From positions 32,001 to 96,000 of the IMG/VR virus record IMGVR_UViG_3300037067_005519: a stretch of DNA of 64,000 bases. One strand, given 5' to 3'. This document shows, in pieces, positions 28,572 to 38,636 of this stretch (the stretch's first letter is position 1; each line of letters starts with the position of its first letter). This DNA comes from a virus (Duplodnaviria > Caudoviricetes). Both the position numbers and the translations under genes were made by a program. The notes under the pieces were generated by a model that worked only from the letters and a program-made list of their open reading frames with translations, was not told where the DNA came from and made no database searches.

Positions 28572-28882
28572 TAGTCTTCCTCCTCATCAGGCTCACGCTC
28601 GCCGAGGGTCACTAACGCATCCTTGGTGCCCTCAGCGAGTTCCTCGGCGTTGTTGGACTGTTCCATGTCCTTCTCACGCCTTCTTGATCGGGTCATGCAA
28701 CCTTCGCCGTCAATTCGCGTGTAGTAGTCGCGGATACATTCAAGCTGAACTTCCGTTGCAATGGCCAAGGTTTTCCAGAGTTCCTTGGCCTGAGCCAGTT
28801 TCCGATTCTCGAAATACAGGTGCAGGAACCACCAGCAGGCGAAAGCGAAGGCAATCAATCGGACGATCAAGAGGGTAATCAT
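28571..28882 (-). CDS. Single-TM hypothetical protein
   Basis: GGAG RBS. Confidence 0.55.
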   Translation of the reverse strand: MITLLIVRLIAFAFACWWFLHLYFENRKLAQAKELWKTLAIATEVQLECIRDYYTRIDGEGCMTRSRRREKDMEQSNNAEELAEGTKDALVTLGEREPDEEED

Positions 28883-28893
28883 GGTGTTCTCCG

Positions 28894-29781
28894 TTACACG
28901 CCACAGCACTGAGCGTTGCAGCCGACGCGATGGCACCGATCCTCGGACTGCCGCTTGTCGGTAGTGCCAATCGGGCCAAAGAACAGATCGGTCTTGCCAA
29001 ACAGCAAGTCGAGGGCCGTCTTCTCCTTGGACTTCCGCTCCAACATGCGGGCCAGCAGATGGGCGACGGTCTCGGCGGCATCGCACATCGAGTCGTCGTA
29101 ACTCTCCGTGTCCATGTCCTCAAGCCGGTCGATGAACTCACGCACAAAGTCATCGTCCTCGTGGGAGTCGAGAATCGTGATGTGGGACTCGCCGTCGCTG
29201 AACGGCATACGATAGACCCTGGCACCGGCGGCGCAGCATTGCGTGTCCACCACGTAAAGCGAATCGCTGGATTGGTTGATGACGATGAACTCGCCGCTGC
29301 CATCGTCGTCGTACTCGATCGGGATTTCGATGAAGACCAAACGGCCGACGTAGTTGGGCCGGACGGAGAGGCCACCGTAGATTTCGGCGAAGACCGCATT
29401 CTGGGCGGCCGAATATGCGTCACGTCGGGGCGTTGGTTCGTCCAATTTCACCGGCTGATCGCCGTCAAGAGATTGGAGCCGATCGAGATTCTTACGGATG
29501 CCATTCTGGTCGGCGCTGCCCTCTCGGTAGAAATCGGCATCGAGGCGCGAGATACAACGCGACTTCACTTCGTCGATCATCCTGGTGCTGTTGCGCCAAT
29601 TGTGGACCGTGCCAATAAGGCCCGGCCCCTGCAATGCGATAGGCGGATAGGTGATATGCTCCTGGCCGACTTCGATAGGCACGACTTCCACGCAACCGGC
29701 GTAGTGCGCCGTGCAGATGAAATCCTTGGGCGCAAGGCCCTCGTAACGTGACAGGGTGATGATCTTCCCTCGGTAATCCAT
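28894..29781 (-). CDS. Hypothetical protein
   Basis: GAGG RBS, codon bias. Confidence 0.7.
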   Translation of the reverse strand: MDYRGKIITLSRYEGLAPKDFICTAHYAGCVEVVPIEVGQEHITYPPIALQGPGLIGTVHNWRNSTRMIDEVKSRCISRLDADFYREGSADQNGIRKNLDRLQSLDGDQPVKLDEPTPRRDAYSAAQNAVFAEIYGGLSVRPNYVGRLVFIEIPIEYDDDGSGEFIVINQSSDSLYVVDTQCCAAGARVYRMPFSDGESHITILDSHEDDDFVREFIDRLEDMDTESYDDSMCDAAETVAHLLARMLERKSKEKTALDLLFGKTDLFFGPIGTTDKRQSEDRCHRVGCNAQCCGV

Positions 29782-30029
29782 GCTTTCCTCGTGGGTTAGT
29801 ACCCGCGCCCTCGGTTGCGCCGGGGATGAAGCGGGCTGTAAGTATTACGAACGACTGGGGGTTTCTTGAAGGCGAGCATCTCGGCCATTCGATGACTGCA
29901 ACCGTTGCGGCGGCATTCCTCGTAATGGGCCTGGACTTTTTCGTCTTCGCTGACTTTCTCGTACTTGCTCATTGATTACTTGTCCGCCGGCCGGGGCCGT
30001 TCAGCCCCGGCCGGCAAAAGACGTTGAAC

Positions 30030-30272
30030 TCAGGTTGTGGTTTCGTACTGGACGCCCAAGGGCACGATCACGGCCACAGTGTCGAGATTGCGAACGCTGA
30101 CCCTTCGACCCTCCGGCGTAGTGCCAGAAAGATATGGGCGACCATTCGGCCCTCCTTCGACGATCTGTAGAACGGTCATGCGCTTCAACCACATACTCGA
30201 TCCACGGCGAACAGCATACAGAACGGTACAACCGACCTTGACCTCGCGGTCAACGCAGTCCACTACTCGCAT
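30030..30272 (-). CDS. Small SH3-like hypothetical protein
   Basis: Directly behind the putative phage promoter. Confidence 0.6.
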   Translation of the reverse strand: MRVVDCVDREVKVGCTVLYAVRRGSSMWLKRMTVLQIVEGGPNGRPYLSGTTPEGRRVSVRNLDTVAVIVPLGVQYETTT

Positions 30273-30283
30273 TCACACTCTCC

Positions 30284-30320
30284 CTCTACTAAGATGACGT
30301 AATTGGAACCGACATTTCCC
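30284..30320 (-). promoter_or_regulatory. Putative ECF-type phage promoter GGAAAT-N17-CRTCTTAG
   Basis: 33/37 identical to 53319..53355. Confidence 0.65.
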
Positions 30321-30590
30321 CTAGTTTGCCCCGTCCAAAAGACCGTTTCGCTTTCCCAGCGCGTTATAAAGCGCACGGGCGAGCAAATCCCACGCTAGGA
30401 GCCGCTTACGTGGGAAGTCTTTGACCGTTCCCGACTTCCAGGGACGGCCGACGGCATCTCGCAACTCGACTCGGTAATCACCCTGGGTGGGTGTACCTGC
30501 GCCAGTGTTGACGATCTTGCCGGTTGCAATGGTCTTGATCTCACCAGTGACGGCCGAGTGCAATTCGATCTTCACGATGAGCATGACCAA
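30321..30590 (-). CDS. Hypothetical protein
   Basis: AAGGAGG RBS. Confidence 0.65.
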   Translation of the reverse strand: MVMLIVKIELHSAVTGEIKTIATGKIVNTGAGTPTQGDYRVELRDAVGRPWKSGTVKDFPRKRLLAWDLLARALYNALGKRNGLLDGAN

Positions 30591-31321
30591 TCCTCCTTGT
30601 TGCGTTTGAGTCCGTTTTCCTCAGCGATCTTCTCGCAGTAGCCACGGTCGATCTCAAGCAGGGTGCAAGGATTGCCAAGGGCCTTGCAGACTCTCAAGGT
30701 TGTGCCGGTGCCACCGAACGGATCGAGGACCGGATCACCAGGCGGCGTGGTGAACTTGATGCAGCGTTCGACCAGGCCCTCATTCAACTGAGTTGGGTGC
30801 CAGGTTCGGCGCTGCTTGGAGTTGCCAGTAACACGGGTGAAGTCGAACACGTCGCCGGGTACGCGCCCGCGCGGGTCCGCCCGCTTGTCACCGTTCTCCT
30901 GCCGCCAACTGGGAACACGAATGGCATCAGGAAACAGGGGTGCATCGTACCATCGCAGCCGCAAAAGCGGTCGATGGTTGTTCCCCAGATCGTGATGATT
31001 GTGTTGACCGAAGGTGAAGGTCTGAATGCAGTGCTTCGCTTCAACTTCGGTGCAACGAATGCCGAGAATCTCCTTGACGATCACGCCAACATCGAACGTC
31101 CATTTCGAGTTGTAGCTGAACCATACGGTTCTGGCTCTCAGGATGAACGTGTTGAGCCATTTGCGGAGCAACTCCACGTACACCTGGTCAGGGTGTTTAT
31201 CCTTGTAGCTCGAATACCCAAGGCCAATGTTATCTGGGGGATCGGCGAAGATCGTTGTCCACTTGGGTATTCGATCTTTGAGGTAGTCAAGACAGTCCGT
31301 GTTAATCAGTTGATGCTTCAT
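30572..31321 (-). CDS. Beta-class N4C/N6A DNA methyltransferase with atypical DPPD motif IV
   Basis: TIFADPPDNIG...HPTQL...VLDPFGGTGTT. Confidence 0.85.
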   Translation of the reverse strand: MKHQLINTDCLDYLKDRIPKWTTIFADPPDNIGLGYSSYKDKHPDQVYVELLRKWLNTFILRARTVWFSYNSKWTFDVGVIVKEILGIRCTEVEAKHCIQTFTFGQHNHHDLGNNHRPLLRLRWYDAPLFPDAIRVPSWRQENGDKRADPRGRVPGDVFDFTRVTGNSKQRRTWHPTQLNEGLVERCIKFTTPPGDPVLDPFGGTGTTLRVCKALGNPCTLLEIDRGYCEKIAEENGLKRNKEDWSCSS

Positions 31322-31836
31322 AGATCGCGGACCTTGATGTAAAGACTGCCTGGCGATTCATGGATGTGTGCGGAATTTATCCTGCCTGACTGTTCGAGGA
31401 TGTCGGCCACATACTCTGAACAGAAGATGCCCCTGACCTCGCGGCCTTTCCACCAGCCACGTAGCATATATGGGCGTCCTAACTGCGATTCGGCATACCG
31501 CTTCATCGCTGATAGTTCGCGGCTACTGTATGGGATTCGTGGCTCAAGGATGAACCATGACATCTCATGCCGTTGGCTCTTCTTTTCCAGGAGCCGCAGG
31601 TACTCAGGAAGCGCCGTCCGACAAACGCGAGGCGGTGTGGCCTCGTAGACCCACGGCTCACCATTGTCGTAGAGGATGATTGCGGCGTGAGTCAGTGTGC
31701 TGTCGGTATGCCTTGAGATGAGATTCGTGAACGGACCTCCTTGGATGAAGATCACTGAACCGTCTCTTGGCGTAATGGCGTGAGTCTGGCTGCAACCCAC
31801 AAGACAGATGAAGGTTGCGAGAATCATTCTGCACAT
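31318..31836 (-). CDS. Permuted papain-like amidase (YiiX/YebB family), possible lipoprotein
   Basis: THAAII..VYEA..LGRPY..IFCSEYV. Confidence 0.85.
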   Translation of the reverse strand: MCRMILATFICLVGCSQTHAITPRDGSVIFIQGGPFTNLISRHTDSTLTHAAIILYDNGEPWVYEATPPRVCRTALPEYLRLLEKKSQRHEMSWFILEPRIPYSSRELSAMKRYAESQLGRPYMLRGWWKGREVRGIFCSEYVADILEQSGRINSAHIHESPGSLYIKVRDL

Positions 31837-32287
31837 GGATCGGGAACCTCCTTCAAGTCCCAGCCTTCGTATTCATAATCACGATGCAACTGCAAGATGG
31901 CTCGAACGCACTGAGCGTTCCCTGAGCGAGCCATTCTCAGGGTGAAGCTATGGGCCTCGTCCTCCATGTAGCATTGGTATTCATCAAGGATCGTGAACAG
32001 CCGCCACATGGCGGCATTGAGTTGTTCTGGCGAATCCGCCAGCCAATACTCGTCTCCTTGCTTGCCGTGGTAGACTAGGATTCGCATAGCATTCCCTTTC
32101 AATAAAAGCGGCTGGCCGGATTCCCCACTCGGCTCCTGGTTTACGTGCCGTCTGGCAGTCGAGCACGGCGCTCGGTTCACGTACCTTCACTTACCTGGAT
32201 GCTGCCACATCCCAGCCGCAGAGCCGACCTGTTGCCAGGCCAGCGATTACCCATCAAGAGATCGCTTTGCGTAGAGGCGTGATGGGT

Positions 32288-32701
32288 TTACTTGCCAGTG
32301 CTCGAAAAGCCGTTCTCGCCACGCAATGTGTCGGTCAGTTCTTCGGCCACAGCGATCGGAACTTGCTTGACCTCTTGGAGGACGAACTGCGCCACGCGGT
32401 CGCCGATATGAACCTCGTACACGTCGCTCGTCGAGTTGTAGAGCATAACGAACCACTGGCCTCGGTAGTCCTCGTCGATCACGCCACCAAAGACGGTGAG
32501 ACCCTTCTTGCCCATTCCACTACGATCCCACACCAGGGCGGCGTGGCCAGCAGGGAATGAGGTTGCGATCCCGATGGGAACCATTGTGACCGAGCCAGGC
32601 TTGCAGTCGATCTCTTCGCAAGCGTAGAGATCATAGCCGGCCGAGTGGTAGGAACGAGTTGGCAGCTTGGCCGCCGGATGAAGAAGTTTGACGCTAATCA
32701 T
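32288..32701 (-). CDS. dut: dUTP diphosphatase (trimeric)
   Basis: AGYDL, DRSG, GGVIDEDYRG, RVAQ, RGENGFSSTG. Confidence 0.96.
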   Translation of the reverse strand: MISVKLLHPAAKLPTRSYHSAGYDLYACEEIDCKPGSVTMVPIGIATSFPAGHAALVWDRSGMGKKGLTVFGGVIDEDYRGQWFVMLYNSTSDVYEVHIGDRVAQFVLQEVKQVPIAVAEELTDTLRGENGFSSTGK

Positions 32702-32823
32702 GGGTTTTCCTTTGGAATTGTTGTAATCATGTAAAGCATTCGCGTATTTCTCTACGAATGATCGACGAATCAGAGACTCAGTTGGGCAGGTAAGCCATAC
32801 TGGAACCTCATCGCCTGGAACGC

Positions 32824-33330
32824 TCATGGCTTCCATTGCTTTCCGTCAATTAGGCCAGTGCAGTTCCCAATCATTCCATCATGTTGGAGTGCTTCCACAC
32901 CGGATTCTTGGAACATGATGGTGGCGGCCTCGATCGTTTGTTTCCAACGATCTGGAGTCCTGTCAAGCATCTGCTTGTGACCGATCACACGAACGATTCC
33001 TACGTCGATGATTGCCTGGGCACAATCTGCACAGGCATACCACGGACAGTACATCGTTGCGCCATCTAGTTGCCCGTTTTTACGAGCAGCATCAAAGATG
33101 GCCTTGCGCTCGGCATGTATTAGATAGGAATACTTCGTTGGACGGTCAAACCGCTCAGGCGACCGCTTAACGCCTCGGGGCAAGCTCGTTGCTCCGACAC
33201 CGATGACTTCGCCGTATCGGTCAACGATGACCGCTCCGTTCTTTGTCATTGGATCATCGGAATATAATTCCGCGAGTCGATATGCGTGTCGCAATAGATC
33301 AGATGTGCTAAACTCCACAAACGCCTCCAT
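32824..33330 (-). CDS. dCMP deaminase
   Basis: IHAERKAI...ACADCAQAII. Confidence 0.9.
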   Translation of the reverse strand: MEAFVEFSTSDLLRHAYRLAELYSDDPMTKNGAVIVDRYGEVIGVGATSLPRGVKRSPERFDRPTKYSYLIHAERKAIFDAARKNGQLDGATMYCPWYACADCAQAIIDVGIVRVIGHKQMLDRTPDRWKQTIEAATIMFQESGVEALQHDGMIGNCTGLIDGKQWKP

Positions 33331-35011
33331 GACCTGTAAGGGTGCAAACGTCGTGCGTCTCAACGGCTTCCTCGAATTCCTTGCCAAGATTCTCGACAGC
33401 CTCCTTATAACTCACGGTCGTAAGTGGCTGGCCGCCGCGTGCGCCATCGGGGTAACAGGTGAAGCCGCGCAGGCGAGGCGCATACTTTGCGAGAGTCGTG
33501 GCAAAGTCCTTCACTGTGTCGGGACTATTGCGTCGGCTGCCCCATTTCGGAAGGTTGATCGTGCTGCTGATAGCCTGGTCAACGTACTCTTGGATGTCAG
33601 CCTGGACCTTCATGCGACGTTCGTAGTCCTCAGCCAAGTCCAGAGCGCTTTCAACCTTATCAGGGTCAAGCCCATAGAGTTTGATTAACTCTTGAGCAGC
33701 ACTGTCAACAACATACTGGTAATGCCACTTGGTTCCTTCACGAAGGTAGCGGCGCTTGTAGGCAACAGCGAAGATCGGTTCGATGCCGGTGCTTGTGCCC
33801 GCCAGGATGCCAATCGTGCCGGTCGGCGCAATCGCTCTCTTAGCGATCGGGCGCGAGATGCCTAATTTGTCTGCAAACTCATTGCCTACCTTGTTGGTAA
33901 TGCCACGATAGAACTGCAACCAGTTGTGCAATTCTGGCGTTACCTCGTACCGGCATCCGCGCTTCAACATCCATTCATGGATGCCCATCAGACCCACTCC
34001 GAGCCGGCGGTTCTTCTCGCGGACCTTCAAGATTTTGTCGTAAGGTACATCCGCTCGAAGCGTACCGCAGAGCAGGAACTTGGTCGCCAGTTCAAGGATC
34101 GTCTTGAACTCGTCGATGGTTGACACTCGGCCGAGATTGACGCTACCGAGGTTGCACACATCGGAGTCATCACTGCTCGTCACTTCGGTGCAAGCATTGC
34201 GAAGCGTGTCCTTCTCCTGGTCGAATAAGTTGAACGAGAAGCCAGGCTCGGCCGTGGATACGGCTTGCAGTACGTTTCGCTTGAACAATTCACCGGGATC
34301 GCCAGTTTGGCACAGTTGAAGAAACCAAGCCGTGTCGTAGTTAATCGAGACATTCGTCATGTCCAATGGCGCTGGCCAATTCTGATCTTGCAGCTTGACA
34401 TCAGCCAGCGTAACCTTTGTGCCCGGCACTGTGATGTCATGCCAATTCTTGATGTTCAAGAACTTCTCAACATCGCCATGCTTCCAATTGAGCGAGGCGT
34501 AGATCGCCGATCGGCGAGACCCGCCTTGCATGACGTTGCGGCCAATCTCGTTAATCATTAGCATCTTCGGAATCGGACCACTGGCAAAGCCGCCTGTGCC
34601 AGAGAGGATCGAATTGCTTTTGCGATAGATCGAATAGTCGATTCCAATTCCGCCGCCGGTCATCAGGCAGCTTTCTGCCTTCCAACTGAGGTTTGCCCAA
34701 TCCTCGCGCGAATCTTCCTCGGCGCGCAGCAGATAGCAATTATTCCAATACTTGCGCGTCCGCCCAGCATAGTAGAGGTATCGACCACCGGGGATAAACT
34801 TCAAGTCGCGGATAAAGCCTTTGAGCAACTGCATCTCCTCGTCGGTAAGCAATTGCTGTCGATGTGGTCCCTTAATTCTGGCGTCCGCTGTCTCCGGCAG
34901 CTTACCGCACACGTCATCCACCAGCACGTCTGCCAACTTGGCCCATGTTTCACAGCCCGTATGTTGGTACTTGGCAATGAAGATGTCCTCGCTGAACTTG
35001 CTGCGGAACAT
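33308..35011 (-). CDS. nrdJ: Class II (B12-dependent) ribonucleotide reductase
   Basis: NNCY, NACTE, CNLGS, APTGT, C-terminal Cx7C; no nrdB partner seen. Confidence 0.9.
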   Translation of the reverse strand: MFRSKFSEDIFIAKYQHTGCETWAKLADVLVDDVCGKLPETADARIKGPHRQQLLTDEEMQLLKGFIRDLKFIPGGRYLYYAGRTRKYWNNCYLLRAEEDSREDWANLSWKAESCLMTGGGIGIDYSIYRKSNSILSGTGGFASGPIPKMLMINEIGRNVMQGGSRRSAIYASLNWKHGDVEKFLNIKNWHDITVPGTKVTLADVKLQDQNWPAPLDMTNVSINYDTAWFLQLCQTGDPGELFKRNVLQAVSTAEPGFSFNLFDQEKDTLRNACTEVTSSDDSDVCNLGSVNLGRVSTIDEFKTILELATKFLLCGTLRADVPYDKILKVREKNRRLGVGLMGIHEWMLKRGCRYEVTPELHNWLQFYRGITNKVGNEFADKLGISRPIAKRAIAPTGTIGILAGTSTGIEPIFAVAYKRRYLREGTKWHYQYVVDSAAQELIKLYGLDPDKVESALDLAEDYERRMKVQADIQEYVDQAISSTINLPKWGSRRNSPDTVKDFATTLAKYAPRLRGFTCYPDGARGGQPLTTVSYKEAVENLGKEFEEAVETHDVCTLTGHGGVCGV

Positions 35012-35411
35012 GGGATTCACTTCGGATTGAAACGTCAAGATGCACTCCCTTCGACTTTGATGATGGTAATTCCGACCGGCAGACGGTCCTTCCTTCGTAG
35101 ACCAAGTTTGGCTTTGATGAGACTCCTGGCTTCGCTTCTTGTATCAGCATCAACGATGCCGCCAGTGGGATTCTCAGTGACGCTGTGAAGCTCACCGTCC
35201 TTCATATTGAAGGTCGCGCTGATCGTTCCGGGAGACAGTTGCCATGCCCATTTGTGTCTCGGTGGTCTTTGGGCTGGATCGTAGATCACGCCATCAGCAA
35301 TGGCCTTGCGTTTGATCTGCCGTTTGACAAATGCGAGCGCTTCATCGAAGCTGATCTTGCGAGGGCGAAATGTCAGACTGTCAAAGTATTCTCTTCGTGT
35401 ACGTCTCATGC

Positions 35412-35882
35412 CTACGCCTGTGGTATTGGTAATGTAAAGATCACGCCATCCTCGGCCTGACCGTAGAAAATGAAATAACCTTGAAGCAGCGGAGTTTGTG
35501 CGCGAAATCCGAGGCTGCACAACCAATGACTTATGTCACCTGTCTCTCCTGGTCGCAATTGGCCTTCGGGCACGAGCATCACGAGACGGAAGGCGTGAAC
35601 CTCCCGCGCATAGAGGATGCAGTTGTAGATCAGATGCCGAGCAATGCCCATGTTGCGATAGGCCGGCTTGACGGCGATCTTGAGAATCTCAATATCACCA
35701 TCAGGCGTCTTGCCGAAGATCGCCATTCCAATTGGCGTATCATTCCACGTCGCCACACAGGCCACGCAAGTCTTTGACACTGCCCGCCATGTTTCCGGTA
35801 GCCAGGCGTAGTCAAAGCACTTGAGGTCGATGTCGATCAGGTAGTGTGCGTCCCTGTCACTTGAAGCACGGAAGCCAATCAT
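35412..35882 (-). CDS. GNAT acetyltransferase (RimI-like)
   Basis: IAVKPAYRNMGIA. Confidence 0.85.
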   Translation of the reverse strand: MIGFRASSDRDAHYLIDIDLKCFDYAWLPETWRAVSKTCVACVATWNDTPIGMAIFGKTPDGDIEILKIAVKPAYRNMGIARHLIYNCILYAREVHAFRLVMLVPEGQLRPGETGDISHWLCSLGFRAQTPLLQGYFIFYGQAEDGVIFTLPIPQA

Positions 35883-36487
35883 TGCAGCGCCTCCTCTGGC
35901 AGAAAGTAATGCGGTTTGATTCGAGTGGCATTGAAGATCAATATCTCTGCGTGGAATTCGACGCCAGGGAACACATCAAGCGGGAGGGAAACAATCGACT
36001 TGAGCCTGGCCTTCGAGTCACGCAGCCACCGCCACCGTTTGCTCTTGCACCGTTGGTTCAGCCGGAACCCCATTGGCGTAAACATCACCGTAGGCGTTCT
36101 TGGTCCCCAAACCTCGAAGATACGACGCAGGAACACTTCTGGATAAAGTTGCTTGCCCTCGGCACCGTTGAAAGGTGGGTTACATAGAACAAGATCAGGT
36201 CGCGCAATCGAGCCGGGGATAACATTCTCGAATCGGCCTCGCAAGTAGTCGTGACACTGCAACGACCTTGGTTTCGGCTTAATGTCGCACCCACGGACGT
36301 AACAACCAGCCTCGAACCACGGATTAGTCAGTCGGCCGTTTCCGATCGCTGGATCGTATACGTTGGTGTACTCATCCCGATGCAGTATGTCGAATAAGAA
36401 TTGTGCCACGCCTATGGGCGTAAGCACTGTGCTCGCCTTGGGATTCGAGTGGTAATCGTTTCGTACAACTGTTAGCGGGCTTGCCAT
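35879..36487 (-). CDS. N6-adenine DNA methyltransferase (gamma class)
   Basis: VYDPAIGNG then LCNPPF. Confidence 0.88.
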   Translation of the reverse strand: MASPLTVVRNDYHSNPKASTVLTPIGVAQFLFDILHRDEYTNVYDPAIGNGRLTNPWFEAGCYVRGCDIKPKPRSLQCHDYLRGRFENVIPGSIARPDLVLCNPPFNGAEGKQLYPEVFLRRIFEVWGPRTPTVMFTPMGFRLNQRCKSKRWRWLRDSKARLKSIVSLPLDVFPGVEFHAEILIFNATRIKPHYFLPEEALQ

Positions 36488-36490
36488 GCG

Positions 36491-37483
36491 TTACCACCTT
36501 TGCGGACGGGCCATCTTTGCAAACATATCCTCTTCGAGAGAGCCGTCAGACTGTAGAGCGATGACCTTTTGTTCCATGTGACGGCACTTCTCATCGTTCT
36601 CTTCGCGGCTTAGATCACGGAAGACCCACCCGCTGCAAATTGCTTCCCAGCATTCGACAGCCCGGTTGAGCACCATCGTCTGATGGGTATTGCTTACACG
36701 AGCGCGCTGGTGGGCGACCCGCAGCAGGGGCTTGCCCTCGGGCATGAACTTGCTCACGATCTCGTCTATGCAGCAGACCACTTCCTCGTCGCCGACCTGC
36801 TCGCCGAGTAGCCAGCCATACATGCAAATCTGGTCGGCGTACTCCTCATTGGCTTCCTCCAAGTAGGTCTTATTGATCTCGAAGCCATGATGATAGTAGG
36901 GCACGTAATCCTTGTGCGCCGTATTGTGACTCTTGCTGGGCTTATACGGCGGCCCATAGGCGTCACGGCAGAGTCGGTAGTTCTTCGACGGGCTGGCTCC
37001 GTACTTCGAGCAGAATCCCTTGACCTTCCAGTCCAGGATCACATGGACGCCACACTCGTGAATGAAGCGGCAGTCAGGCTTGCCGAGGATCGGCACACCG
37101 TTGATCGTGCCTTCGACCTTGAACTCAAAGCGGGGCGACTCTTTTGACTTCTGCAAGAGGGTCAACAATTCCTCGAATGCGCCAGTCATCACGTAGCAGT
37201 CGTAGATGTACTTACCGGCGTCCAGAGCGAAGTCCCGATTCTGTGGCTCGACCTGGGCCTCGAAGATCGTCTGGAACTCAAACTGCGGATCGGCACCTTT
37301 GCCGAATAACCGCTCGTGCAACGCCGACTTGGCGTAGGCGTCGAAGCTCGCACCGACCGACATATAGTTCTCTTGCGGCACGCGCTGAGCACGAGTCTCA
37401 GCCAAGTGCTTGATGTAGAACTCTTCCTTGTCCTTGCCCCAGGTGGTTAGCGAGGAGTGACTAAGATACGTTGGCTTCCTCAT
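36491..37483 (-). CDS. PD-(D/E)xK exonuclease (recombination type)
   Basis: YLSHSSL; GKPD...ILDWK; Q..MY. Confidence 0.8.
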   Translation of the reverse strand: MRKPTYLSHSSLTTWGKDKEEFYIKHLAETRAQRVPQENYMSVGASFDAYAKSALHERLFGKGADPQFEFQTIFEAQVEPQNRDFALDAGKYIYDCYVMTGAFEELLTLLQKSKESPRFEFKVEGTINGVPILGKPDCRFIHECGVHVILDWKVKGFCSKYGASPSKNYRLCRDAYGPPYKPSKSHNTAHKDYVPYYHHGFEINKTYLEEANEEYADQICMYGWLLGEQVGDEEVVCCIDEIVSKFMPEGKPLLRVAHQRARVSNTHQTMVLNRAVECWEAICSGWVFRDLSREENDEKCRHMEQKVIALQSDGSLEEDMFAKMARPQRW

Positions 37484-37949
37484 GGTTCCTCTCGTCTGAA
37501 AGAATGTAGATGCCGTCCTTGTCACTGACGATATGCCAACCCACCAGTTCCGCGCGGCAGAACGAAATGATGAGGCGTAGATTCTCGATGAGCAGCGGAT
37601 GCCGCAGGGCTTCGCCCAATGGCATCCAGAACACGGTCTCGTCGGTCAAGGACTCAATCACATTGCGACCACGCAACGAGTCGTAATCGCAACGACAGAC
37701 GTAAACGATGAAGTCCGTACCCTCGATCGTGCCCATGATGCGGATTTGATCCTCTGGACACTCGATGCCAGTCTCCTCTTGAAGCTCGCGGCTTGCGGCT
37801 TTGTGGATCGTTTCTTCTGGCTCAATCTTGCCGCCAGGCAGGTTGTAGCGCCCAGCTTGCCAGGCAGGCTTCTTCTTCTCGATCAGAAGAACTTCCGGCC
37901 AATGGGCATGGGGTTGTGGGTGGGCAAAGCAAAGGACGTACTGGTTCAT
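37461..37949 (-). CDS. Nudix hydrolase
   Basis: PGGKIEPEETIHKAASRELQEETG. Confidence 0.92.
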   Translation of the reverse strand: MNQYVLCFAHPQPHAHWPEVLLIEKKKPAWQAGRYNLPGGKIEPEETIHKAASRELQEETGIECPEDQIRIMGTIEGTDFIVYVCRCDYDSLRGRNVIESLTDETVFWMPLGEALRHPLLIENLRLIISFCRAELVGWHIVSDKDGIYILSDERNHEEANVS

Positions 37950-38467
37950 GGCAGCATCTCCTCAATTGCAGAACGCAGATAATCGACGGCCATATCCTTT
38001 TCGTCACAGCCGACGTTCCAAGGGCGTGGGCAGATCAACGATGCACCACCGGCCTGACGGAACTCAAGCGCGTTGTTCGCGTTGTCGTCGATCAACAGGG
38101 TGCGGCTACAGGCGCACCACGACTTGTTCGGCGTGAGCACGAAACGACGGGCATAGCTGGGCATGTGCCTTGCGATCCAAAGCAACTTGCCTTCTGCTGA
38201 GCCAGGCCAGTTGGCGGGCTTCGAGCAGATGATGACGTTCTCCGGTCCTACGATCTCCTCACAGAGTCCCACAATAACTTCGCCATCTTCCATCCACGGA
38301 AGGTTGGCCCACCATTCGGCATCGGTGCCCGACCAGATGTCTTGATCGGACATGGGAAGCTCGCCCCGGTTGAACAGAGTCATGTCAGCCAGGTTGAGCT
38401 TCTTGGCGACGGTGTGATGTAGATCAACGATCACGCCATCCATGTCGAGAAAGATTTGTCGGTTCAC
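37946..38467 (-). CDS. HAD-family 5'(3')-nucleotidase
   Basis: FLDMDGVIVD; GKLLWI; LLIDD. Confidence 0.88.
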   Translation of the reverse strand: MNRQIFLDMDGVIVDLHHTVAKKLNLADMTLFNRGELPMSDQDIWSGTDAEWWANLPWMEDGEVIVGLCEEIVGPENVIICSKPANWPGSAEGKLLWIARHMPSYARRFVLTPNKSWCACSRTLLIDDNANNALEFRQAGGASLICPRPWNVGCDEKDMAVDYLRSAIEEMLP

Positions 38468-38636
38468 TGATTGAGTTCCTCCTGTAACTGATCGCGCTCG
38501 TTCTCCAAGTCCTTCACATCAGACTCAAGGTCAGCGACTTGATCCTGTGCTTCCTCCAATTCCTCCTGGAGATTGCACATTGGGCAATTGCATCCCTCAT
38601 AGACAACAACACAGTTCGCATGGTCTTCGCAGGTGG

